Shown piece after piece: positions 8,837 through 17,289 of a DNA stretch of 24,753 nucleotides. This stretch comes from a virus (Duplodnaviria > Caudoviricetes), in the IMG/VR virus record IMGVR_UViG_3300025718_000031, positions 1 to 24,753 of that record. The stretch is one strand, 5' to 3'. The notes beneath the pieces are model-generated. The model was not told the DNA's origin, searched no databases, and was given only the letters and a program-made list of their open reading frames with translations. The position numbers were made by a program, and so were the translations under genes. Position 1 is the first letter of the stretch. Each line of letters opens with the position of its first letter.

Positions 8837-9880
8837 ATGAATATTTATGATCTTTTTAAATCCAAAGAAATCGGTGTATATTACACTAACAACCCATCAC
8901 TATTAATCCCATACATGGGAGCAACATTATTTCCATCTAAGAAACAATTAGGTTTGGATCTAAGTTGGATAAAAGGAGCTAATGGATTACCTGCAATATT
9001 GAAACCATCTGCATTTGATACAAAAGCAACTTTAAGGGACAGAATTGGATTTGACAAAATTGAAACTGAAATGCCTTTCTTTAAAGAGGCCATGAGAATC
9101 GGTGAAAAAGAAAGACAAGAGTTAAATAAAGTCTATGCTTCATCCAACTATGATCTAGTAATGCCATTAATCAATAAAATTTATGATGATGTTACAACTT
9201 TAGTGACTGGAGCTGAGGTTGCTGCAGAAAGAATGAGAATGCAATTACTTGCTACTGGTAGAATTTCTATAGTTGCTAATCGTGTAAATTATGATTATGA
9301 TTATAAATTCCTTTCAACTCATAAAGAAGCTTTGCTTACTACTGCAATGTGGTCCGCGCTTACTACTGCTAAACCTATACAGGACATTCAAAGATGGCAG
9401 GATCAAGTAGAGGGAGATACAGGAAGTAGACCAACTAGAGCAATATGTACTAGAAAGACTTGGAACTACTTGCTTATGAACAACTCTATTAAGCTTGATT
9501 TAAATCCAACCGGTGGTTTAAACGTTATAATGACAGATGGTATGATGAAACAATATCTACAAGCTAAACTTGGTTTAACTGTTGCGGTTTATACTAAGAT
9601 GTTCAAAAATTATGATGGTGCTGCAACATTATTCTTCCCAGACAATGTATTTACAATTCTTCCTGAAGGAAATCTTGGAAATACTTACTTTGGTACTACT
9701 CCAGAAGAAAGTGATCTTATGGCCGGAGCTAATGCTGATGTAACTATTGTTAATTTAGGAGTTGCGATCACTACGTCAAAAGAAGTAGATCCTGTTAATA
9801 TCAATACAAAGGTATCGGCAATTACATTACCATCCTTTGAGGCAATTGATAACTTATTTATTGCAACAGTACATGCTTAA
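8837..9880 (+). CDS. Major capsid protein (capsid E-like family)
   Basis: 347 aa; LFPSKKQLGLDL, PSAFD, MPFFKE, G.T.FGTTPEE, DPVN motifs. Confidence 0.93.
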   Translation: MNIYDLFKSKEIGVYYTNNPSLLIPYMGATLFPSKKQLGLDLSWIKGANGLPAILKPSAFDTKATLRDRIGFDKIETEMPFFKEAMRIGEKERQELNKVYASSNYDLVMPLINKIYDDVTTLVTGAEVAAERMRMQLLATGRISIVANRVNYDYDYKFLSTHKEALLTTAMWSALTTAKPIQDIQRWQDQVEGDTGSRPTRAICTRKTWNYLLMNNSIKLDLNPTGGLNVIMTDGMMKQYLQAKLGLTVAVYTKMFKNYDGAATLFFPDNVFTILPEGNLGNTYFGTTPEESDLMAGANADVTIVNLGVAITTSKEVDPVNINTKVSAITLPSFEAIDNLFIATVHA

Positions 9881-9892
9881 TATAAACTAGAT

Positions 9893-9918
9893 TAAGAGGG
9901 GGAAACCCCTCTTATTTT
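9893..9918 (+). terminator. Intrinsic terminator after the capsid gene
   Basis: Perfect stem TAAGAGGGG-GAAA-CCCCTCTTA then TTTT. Confidence 0.85.
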
Positions 9919-9942
9919 ATAGTGAAAGGACAAGTGATTTAA

Positions 9943-10116
9943 ATGGCAGTAAAAGAACTTAAAAAAGTTAAAGTTAAAATAATTGCTAATATTAAATATG
10001 GTGAAGCAATTCACACTATTGGAGATAAAATTTTTATACTAGCATCCGAGGTCAAAGAGTTTGAGTCTTTAAATTTAGTTAAAAGGGAAGAAATTGAAAC
10101 TGAAGTAGGTGAGTAA
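9943..10116 (+). CDS. Small head-region protein (57 aa, MAVKELKKVKVKIIANIKYG...EVGE), not in the ORF track
   Basis: ATG 9943 after AAAGGA, TAA at 10114-10116, 2 nt before the connector gene; IKYG....IGD pattern. Confidence 0.75.
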   Translation: MAVKELKKVKVKIIANIKYGEAIHTIGDKIFILASEVKEFESLNLVKREEIETEVGE

Positions 10117-10118
10117 TT

Positions 10119-10436
10119 ATGATACTTGAGGATTTACACACACTTTTACCAAATACCGATGCTTATTCAGATGCTGCTTTGGCTATTTATAAAAATCGTG
10201 CTATTACGTTTATTAAAAATTATCTTAATAATAAATATGATAGTGCCTATATAGAAGTTAATTTTGCAGATGCGATAATAGAGCTTGTTTATAATACCTA
10301 TTTAGCAAAAGGGAAAGAAAATATCGCAAGTGAAAGCCAAGGATCAAGAAGTAAAGCTTATAAAGTTGCAAGTTTTTCAATGAGTAATAGTGTTAAAGAT
10401 TTATTGCCATTGCCTAGTGTAAGGATGATGGGGTGA
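10119..10436 (+). CDS. Head-tail connector (gp15/gp6-like)
   Basis: IKNYLN, G.E.I.SES.G.RS..Y pattern; position. Confidence 0.85.
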   Translation: MILEDLHTLLPNTDAYSDAALAIYKNRAITFIKNYLNNKYDSAYIEVNFADAIIELVYNTYLAKGKENIASESQGSRSKAYKVASFSMSNSVKDLLPLPSVRMMG

Positions 10437-10440
10437 TAAA

Positions 10441-10758
10441 ATGTTTGATGATTATAAAGTAGGTATATATAACAAGCCTCCTGGTACCAAGGTAGGAGGT
10501 ATATTTATCCCAGGCACATTAGCATGGGTAAAGGATATAATGTGCGATATGCAACCATATAGCCGAGCATTACTGCTAAAGAACTATGGTTATGATATTG
10601 AGGTTAATTATAGAATATATATAGACTATTTTGAAAAAAATATTAAGATAGGTACCATTTTGAGATATACTGACAAATATGATAAAGAAGTAAGTTTAGA
10701 AGTTAAGGCTATACCTTGGGCAGAGGAATACATGGAGGTGATGGCTCTTGAGTTATAA
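10441..10758 (+). CDS. Head closure / head-tail adaptor
   Basis: Position and size; CDMQPYS...YGY motif. Confidence 0.7.
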   Translation: MFDDYKVGIYNKPPGTKVGGIFIPGTLAWVKDIMCDMQPYSRALLLKNYGYDIEVNYRIYIDYFEKNIKIGTILRYTDKYDKEVSLEVKAIPWAEEYMEVMALEL

Positions 10759-11086
10759 AAGCCACATGAAAGAAGTTTTAAAAGCTTTAGATAAAGCTAA
10801 AATAGGTATATGTAATGATATAGGTACATTTGTAGTTGCTGAGGCGCAAGTTCGTACTGTTGTGGATACTGGTAACTTGAAAAGGTCAGAAACTTTTGAG
10901 GTTATGCCTAATAATGCAGGGATATATGTTGGAGTTACAAGTGCCGCTCCGTATGGAATCATAATTGAAAAGGGTAGCACAAATCATCCGGCAAGACCAT
11001 TCTTGGAGCCAGCAGTTATGGATAATATAAGCCAACTTAAAGACATAGCTGAAAGACATGTATATGCGAATATGAGTGGCAACTAA
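10748..11086 (+). CDS. HK97 gp10-family tail completion protein
   Basis: VDTGNLKRS, YG.IIEKG, PARPFLEPA motifs. Confidence 0.9.
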   Translation: MSYKSHMKEVLKALDKAKIGICNDIGTFVVAEAQVRTVVDTGNLKRSETFEVMPNNAGIYVGVTSAAPYGIIIEKGSTNHPARPFLEPAVMDNISQLKDIAERHVYANMSGN

Positions 11087-11460
11087 TGTTGGCGCTATAT
11101 AGTTTACTTAGTGATATTATAGAGCCTATATGTACATGTTTTGTGGGACATTATCCAACAGAACTTGAAAAAGTTTATCCTTATTGCACAATTGATTTCC
11201 CCAACGCGTTACCAAATAATAGTTTTTCAGATTTAAATCTATTATCTATTAATATTTGGGATAATAAAGATACGGACATAAGAGTAATTGAGGCTATAAC
11301 GGACTCAATACACAAAGCGATAAATAAACTACATTATATTGATACCGTTATGCAAGTTAGTATATTCAGGAATACACCTTACAGGCTAAAAATTAATGAT
11401 GAAATGATTGGAATACAAAGGCGAGAATTAAGATATGTAGTAAAAGTTTATAAAATATAA
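11086..11460 (+). CDS. Tail terminator protein (gp17-like)
   Basis: YPY motif, INIWD; precedes the major tail protein. Confidence 0.75.
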   Translation: MLALYSLLSDIIEPICTCFVGHYPTELEKVYPYCTIDFPNALPNNSFSDLNLLSINIWDNKDTDIRVIEAITDSIHKAINKLHYIDTVMQVSIFRNTPYRLKINDEMIGIQRRELRYVVKVYKI

Positions 11461-11473
11461 AGGAGTGATTTAA

Positions 11474-12049
11474 ATGACCGAAGGAAGTGTAAATACAGTA
11501 GGTTATAGTGCAAATACACCTAAAAATTTACTTATTGATTCAGGCGCATTATATAAAAATTATGATGTTATTGGAAAGGAAGCATTAATAGGAGCAACTT
11601 CAGGTGGTAATGAATTTACTGTAAATGTAAAAACTAGAGATGTAAAAGTTGATGGCGTAAAAGGATTACAAAAGGGTTTGAGATTTATTACAGATGTAGA
11701 AATAAACTTAAAAACTAATATGCTAGAGGTAACTACAGACATACTTACAATGGCATTACTAGGCACTGCTGATACAAATGGGCTTGAATATGATGTTATA
11801 ACTGGAAAGACAACTATTGAAGATGCGGACTATATTGAGAACGTAGCTCTTGTTGGCAGAATTTCAGGCTCCTTATTGCCTGTAATTGTAATCTTAAAAA
11901 ATGTACTTAATACTGACGGTTTAAAATTTAAAACGCAAGATGATAAGGATAATGTATTGCCAATTACATTTACCGCCTTTAGCGATCCTACAACACCTAC
12001 TGCTCTTCCATATGAAATAAGATATCCCAAAACAGTAGTGACACCTTAA
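11474..12049 (+). CDS. Major tail (tube) protein
   Basis: LLIDSGALYKN, IGATSGG..F, DYIENVALVG motifs; position. Confidence 0.88.
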   Translation: MTEGSVNTVGYSANTPKNLLIDSGALYKNYDVIGKEALIGATSGGNEFTVNVKTRDVKVDGVKGLQKGLRFITDVEINLKTNMLEVTTDILTMALLGTADTNGLEYDVITGKTTIEDADYIENVALVGRISGSLLPVIVILKNVLNTDGLKFKTQDDKDNVLPITFTAFSDPTTPTALPYEIRYPKTVVTP

Positions 12050-12066
12050 CCGGTGTCTTTTCTTTT
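12040..12066 (+). terminator. Terminator-like hairpin after the major tail gene
   Basis: GACACC-TTAACC-GGTGTC then TTTTCTTTT. Confidence 0.65.
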
Positions 12067-12090
12067 ATAAAAATATTGGAGGTTTGATTT

Positions 12091-12420
12091 ATGTTAAAAG
12101 GTGGATGCTTTTTCCCATTACTAAAATTAATTAAAAAGGTAAATTTAAAACAAGATATAAAAAATCTTACAGTAAATGTTACTAATGAAACTGATGAAGA
12201 AAAGAAAGCAATATCTAATGATAATGGGTTAGATTTAGCTTTTATTATAATAGATAAAATAGCAGATGCAGAAAAAGAAACCTGGGATTTTATGACGGTA
12301 TATTTAGAAAAACCTATTGAAGAAATTAAAGAAATGGATATATTTGATATTGCTGAAATAATAGCAGAATTAATTAAAGATAAAAGGTTTCAAACAGTTT
12401 TTCACAAAGCTATATCTTAA
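12091..12420 (+). CDS. Tail assembly chaperone (G)
   Basis: Acidic 109-aa protein between major tail and tape measure; GGAGG RBS. Confidence 0.8.
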   Translation: MLKGGCFFPLLKLIKKVNLKQDIKNLTVNVTNETDEEKKAISNDNGLDLAFIIIDKIADAEKETWDFMTVYLEKPIEEIKEMDIFDIAEIIAELIKDKRFQTVFHKAIS

Positions 12421-12719
12421 ATGAGTGGGAAATTAAAGACTTACTTTTAAAGAGATATAGCAACATTGAATATGTTTTTAACTTAGAACTATTTGAATTT
12501 ATAGAACTTTTAAATATGGCAATTATGAAAAATTCAGAGGAACAATTATGGGAACAATGGTTAGTCGATTATAGCAAAATGACTAAAGAAACTTTTATAA
12601 GTTTTAAAGAATATAAACTAAAGGCTATGAAGCCAAAAGTTAATAATAAAGTTGATGTTAAAAAAATAATTGAGGATGCTGAAAGGATCAAGAAAGCGGA
12701 TCAAGAAAGGAGAAACTAG
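12384..12719 (+). CDS. Tail assembly chaperone extension (T), probably reached by -1 frameshift
   Basis: The -1 frame is open 12384-12719 and overlaps the end of G; no good RBS before ATG 12516; GTTTTTC at 12397-12403. Confidence 0.7.
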   Translation, partial: KVSNSFSQSYILNEWEIKDLLLKRYSNIEYVFNLELFEFIELLNMAIMKNSEEQLWEQWLVDYSKMTKETFISFKEYKLKAMKPKVNNKVDVKKIIEDAERIKKADQERRN

Positions 12720-14966
12720 ATGCAAATTTTTGAATTATTCGGATCTATACTTATTAATGATAATGGAAGTTCTAACAAACTTGATGATATAGATAAAAAA
12801 GCGGGTAAAACTGATGGAACATTTAGCAAAGGAATAGGTACTATTGCTAAATGGGGCGCTGGACTTGCAGTAGCTGGACTTGCGGTGGCAGGACTTGCGG
12901 TGAATGTAGGTGAAAAGTTACAAAAGGCATTGAACGGATTACAATCGGAAACAGGAACTGCCGATAAATCTATGCAAGGTATGAGAGAAAGTATGCTAAA
13001 TATTTATAATAATAATTTTGGTGAAGATTTTGAGGATATTGGAACAAGCATGGCTACGGTTGCTAAAGCTACAGGGCTTACAGGAAAGGCTTTAGAAAGT
13101 GCAACTACTAATGCATTGTTATTGCGAGACACATTTGAAATGGATGTAAGTGGTTCAGTTAAAGCTACTGACCAATTAATGAAACAATTTGGTTTAACTT
13201 CAGAGCAGGCTTACAATCTAGTAGCACAAGGCGCCCAGCAGGGAATGAATAAAAATGACGATTTACTTGATATTATTTCAGAGTATTCGGTACAGTTTAA
13301 AACTATGGGTTTCTCAGCCGAAGAGATGTTTAATATGTTATCTAATGGTGCAAAGGCCGGTGGATTTAGTATTGATGTATTAGGTGATGCAGTAAAAGAA
13401 TTTAACATAAGGTCAAAGGATGGGTCCGACGGAACCGCCAAAGCGTTTGAAGGACTTGGATTAAATGCAAAAGAACTAACAAAAGCTTTTGGTGCTGGTG
13501 GTGCGGATGGTAAAAAGGCTTTTACCGATGTTAGTGAGGCACTTGGAAAATGTAAGGATCCAATTTTGCAAAATCAAATAGGAACCGCACTATGGGGAAC
13601 TATGTGGGAAGACCTTGGTTCTAAAAGTATACTGGCTTTAGGTGGTACTACAGGTGAGATAAATAAAGCTAAAGATGCCTTAGAAAAATTAAATGCAATA
13701 AAATATAATACATTTGGCGAAGCAATGGTAGGGATTAAGAGAAATTTAGAGACTGGAATACTTTTGCCTTTATCTGATAAAATTTTACCGATATTAGGGC
13801 AGTTTAGTACTTGGGTAATAGCAAATATGCCACAAATAAAAGAAACTGTAAATACTGCAATGACGGTTATAGGCAATGGATTCAATGCGGTTGGTGGATT
13901 TATTAAAGACAATGTATTACCTATATTTGTTAGTTTGTACGAATGGATAAAACCTAATATTCCAGCTATAAAAGAAATTATTAAAGGCGCTTTTGATGCA
14001 ATGAGTGAAATATTTAAAGTTATATCGGATTATATCGTTAACAGTTTAGTTCCAGCTTATGCAAAAATACTTGAATGGATAAAACCTTATATGCCAGCAA
14101 TCAAAAAAATTGTAGTCGATGCTTTTACTGCTATAAAAGATGTATTCAAAGTTGTTAATGATTTTATAGTCGCAAATGTATTGCCTATATTTGGTAAGAT
14201 GAAGGATTGGTTTATTGCTAATTTCCCTCTTATTAAAGAAGCAGTTCAAAAAGCATATGATTATATAAAACCTAGTTTTGACAAGTTAGTAGCTACTATA
14301 AAGAGTGATGTAATGCCTATTATTATGGGTTTATGGGATACAGTGAAAAAGGCAATGCCAGGAATCAAAGCAATTTTTGAAATAGCAATGCCTTTGATAG
14401 TGGTGGCAGTAAAATTAGCAATAGATATAATAACTGCAATTATCAAAACAGTAAAAGAAATTTATGGTTACATTAAACCACCTTTAGATAAAGTTGCTGA
14501 ACTTTTTAGCTTAATATTCGGTGGTATTAAAAAGGTTATAGAGGGAGTTCAAAAGGCAATAGAAGGGGTTCAAAAGGTATTAGACTTTTTCAATGGTACT
14601 GAATTGAAAGATAAAAATACAACAGTAACAACTAATTATAAAAACACAGGTATGCCAGCATCTTTTAGTAATATTGGTAAAAACGCAGCTGGTACTGATA
14701 ACTGGCGAGGTGGGTTGACATCCATCAACGAAGTGGGCGGCGAAATAATTGATTTACCATCAGGAAGTAGAGTTATTCCCCACGATGTTAGTATGGAAAT
14801 GGCCAAAAATGCTAATAAAACCGCTAGTTATGCTACAAGTAAAGCACCAGTTGTATTACAATTAGTATTGCAAAATGGAAAAGCTATTGCTGAATTTATA
14901 GTTGATGATTTAGATAATTTAATGGGGAGCAAAAACAAAATTACTGGAAGGAGTGTTGGCGTATGA
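12720..14966 (+). CDS. Tape measure protein
   Basis: MQIFELFGSILI start, DVLGDAVKEFNIR and LWGTMWEDLG motifs, ~40-residue Trp-spaced repeats, C-terminal A.GT.NW.GG....E.G.EII.LP.GSRVIPH. Confidence 0.93.
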   Translation: MQIFELFGSILINDNGSSNKLDDIDKKAGKTDGTFSKGIGTIAKWGAGLAVAGLAVAGLAVNVGEKLQKALNGLQSETGTADKSMQGMRESMLNIYNNNFGEDFEDIGTSMATVAKATGLTGKALESATTNALLLRDTFEMDVSGSVKATDQLMKQFGLTSEQAYNLVAQGAQQGMNKNDDLLDIISEYSVQFKTMGFSAEEMFNMLSNGAKAGGFSIDVLGDAVKEFNIRSKDGSDGTAKAFEGLGLNAKELTKAFGAGGADGKKAFTDVSEALGKCKDPILQNQIGTALWGTMWEDLGSKSILALGGTTGEINKAKDALEKLNAIKYNTFGEAMVGIKRNLETGILLPLSDKILPILGQFSTWVIANMPQIKETVNTAMTVIGNGFNAVGGFIKDNVLPIFVSLYEWIKPNIPAIKEIIKGAFDAMSEIFKVISDYIVNSLVPAYAKILEWIKPYMPAIKKIVVDAFTAIKDVFKVVNDFIVANVLPIFGKMKDWFIANFPLIKEAVQKAYDYIKPSFDKLVATIKSDVMPIIMGLWDTVKKAMPGIKAIFEIAMPLIVVAVKLAIDIITAIIKTVKEIYGYIKPPLDKVAELFSLIFGGIKKVIEGVQKAIEGVQKVLDFFNGTELKDKNTTVTTNYKNTGMPASFSNIGKNAAGTDNWRGGLTSINEVGGEIIDLPSGSRVIPHDVSMEMAKNANKTASYATSKAPVVLQLVLQNGKAIAEFIVDDLDNLMGSKNKITGRSVGV

Positions 14967-15670
14967 ACGGAATAACCTTTAATGGTAAACACTCTTTTTC
15001 TGACTTTAATTTAATTATGAATGGCAAAAAAATAAGTACACCATCAAAGAAAAAAATAAAAGAATCAGTACCTTTTATGAATAGTGTTTATGATTTTTCA
15101 ACAGTTGGGAGTAATGGAGAAATAACATACAATCAAAGAGCCATAGAAGTGCAATTCACGTTAATATCTACTAATAAGGCAATGCTACATTCTAAACTAA
15201 CTAAAGTACTTGAATGGCTTCAAGGGGCATCGCAAAATAAGTTGATATTTGATGAAATAAAAGACTATTATTTTTTAGCAGAAGTTGAGGATAATATCGA
15301 ACCTATAGAAACAAGTGAAGTAGCAGAATTTACGGTTAATTTTATATGTGAACCTTTTAAAACTGGTACAAGTATAGAAGGTACTAACCAATATTGGGAC
15401 ACATTTAATTTTGAAACTGACTATTTACAAAATACTGATTTTGATGTAGTTGAAAGTAGAAATATTACAATTTACAACGCAGGAAGAAATACATCGCCTA
15501 TGATAAGCACATCTACAACTGGAATGTCAGTTACTATAAATGGGAATACCTTTGATTTGTTTGAAGGAGATAACACAGATTATATGTTTAAATTTAAAAA
15601 TGGTGCTAATACAATAATCGCAACAGGCACCGGACAAATTGGATTTTATTTTTGGAAGCAGGTGCTTTAA
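14963..15670 (+). CDS. Distal tail protein (Dit)
   Basis: GITFNGKHS..DF.L start, F.CEPF motif; follows tape measure with ATGA overlap. Confidence 0.85.
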   Translation: MNGITFNGKHSFSDFNLIMNGKKISTPSKKKIKESVPFMNSVYDFSTVGSNGEITYNQRAIEVQFTLISTNKAMLHSKLTKVLEWLQGASQNKLIFDEIKDYYFLAEVEDNIEPIETSEVAEFTVNFICEPFKTGTSIEGTNQYWDTFNFETDYLQNTDFDVVESRNITIYNAGRNTSPMISTSTTGMSVTINGNTFDLFEGDNTDYMFKFKNGANTIIATGTGQIGFYFWKQVL

Positions 15671-17277
15671 TGTACAAAATAAGCATTTACAATTATGGAT
15701 TTGAAAATGTAATACATTACCCTAGTGCGAGCAAAGAAACTCCTCATATTATGGCATCTGATTTACAAGAGAAGTTAAGCCAAGCTGATAATTTAACGTT
15801 AACTATTCCTTATAATAATTCAGGATATAACTCATCAAAAGAGTTGTCTACTAAAGTAAAAGTATCTAAAATAAGTGATAATACAATAGTCTTTACAGGT
15901 AGAATACTTAATATTAAGGATGGTATGAGTTCAAGTGGAGAGTTTACAAAAGAATGTATTTGCGAAAGTGCGTTAGGCTATATGAACGATTCACACTCAA
16001 GGAGAACTACTTATACTAATCAAAACCCTACTGCCATTTTAACAAGCCTACTAGCAAGGCACAACGCTACTGTAGATTCAACTAGACAAATACAACTTGG
16101 AATTATTCAACTAACCCAAAATATCACAATTTCCTATAATTATGAAACAGTTTTAAACGCGATAATTAAAATAAGAAACATACTAGGAGGGGATTTACTT
16201 GTTAGAGAAACAGGTGGAGTCCTTTTTTTAGATTATTTAATGCAACAAGGTTCAAATAATGGTGTACAGATAAGACTAGGACACAACCAAAAATCGTTAA
16301 TAAATGAATATAATGCAGCGGATATAATTACAAGATTAATTCCTTTAGGTTATGGATCAGGGATTAATCAACTTGATATAACTAGTGTAAATAGTGGATT
16401 AGATTATATCGACAATATTGATGCAAAAGCTAAATATGGAGTAATCGAAGGACAGGGAACTAATGCAGACATACAAGATGCAGGAACACTTAAAATATGG
16501 GGGACAACGCAACTAAGTGAGAATTCACAACCAGCTTTAAGTGTATCTTGCGATATGTTGGATTTGTCTACTATAGGTATAGATAATCCTTTAGATTTAG
16601 GCGATACCGCAGAAATAATAAATAATGTAATGAATTTTGATGTATTTGCAAGGGTAATTGAAAAAGCTACCGATTTATTAGCACCTTATAACCCTAAAAT
16701 AGTTATAAATACAAAGCCTATAAAGCTATCAGACAATGTAGTTAGCTTAAAACAAAGAACTCTATCGTTAGAAAATGCACCACAAGGCAACACCTATATA
16801 GATACTTTTGGGTACGCAGAAAATATAGACTCAACACATCCCTTTACTTTACCTATATGGATTAGTCCTGACATAATTTTTATAAATAGAGTTAGGCTAC
16901 ATATAGATGGGCAAAGATATCGCGGTTATGAAGTTGGTTCAGATGCACCAATTAGAACAGATGAAAATACTTACTATACAGCGCAAGAAGTAGCGGTTGC
17001 AAACACACCTCATATGCACCAATATGGCTTAGTGGCACATGTGCACTCAACAAAATACGGGATAATTGAAGATGATATGAGCATTCCCTTTAATTGTATT
17101 GTAAAAATAAATGGAGTAGAAATTGCAGGACCATTTTATGATTTATTTTCGCAAGATATTGATATAACGTCTTATATAAATACTCCAGGAGAAACATATC
17201 AACTTGAAGTAAGCAACGATAAAAACGCAAGGGTAAATGTGTGGGTATCAATTCAAGCATTTATTCAAGCTAAATAA
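15670..17277 (+). CDS. Baseplate hub / Tal-like tail spike protein
   Basis: Start moved to ATG 15670 (TAATG overlap); F.GRIL, CESALGY.ND, IITRLIPLG, KYGVIE motifs; C-terminal HxH pairs (HMH, HVH). Confidence 0.85.
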   Translation: MYKISIYNYGFENVIHYPSASKETPHIMASDLQEKLSQADNLTLTIPYNNSGYNSSKELSTKVKVSKISDNTIVFTGRILNIKDGMSSSGEFTKECICESALGYMNDSHSRRTTYTNQNPTAILTSLLARHNATVDSTRQIQLGIIQLTQNITISYNYETVLNAIIKIRNILGGDLLVRETGGVLFLDYLMQQGSNNGVQIRLGHNQKSLINEYNAADIITRLIPLGYGSGINQLDITSVNSGLDYIDNIDAKAKYGVIEGQGTNADIQDAGTLKIWGTTQLSENSQPALSVSCDMLDLSTIGIDNPLDLGDTAEIINNVMNFDVFARVIEKATDLLAPYNPKIVINTKPIKLSDNVVSLKQRTLSLENAPQGNTYIDTFGYAENIDSTHPFTLPIWISPDIIFINRVRLHIDGQRYRGYEVGSDAPIRTDENTYYTAQEVAVANTPHMHQYGLVAHVHSTKYGIIEDDMSIPFNCIVKINGVEIAGPFYDLFSQDIDITSYINTPGETYQLEVSNDKNARVNVWVSIQAFIQAK

Positions 17278-17289
17278 GGAGGAATTTAA

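Noticed and set aside
12858-14583. Tandem repeats in the tape measure gene (15 bp x3 at 12858, AGLAV; 21 bp x2 at 14530, IEGVQK)
   Set aside because: In-frame duplications are ordinary for tape measure proteins.
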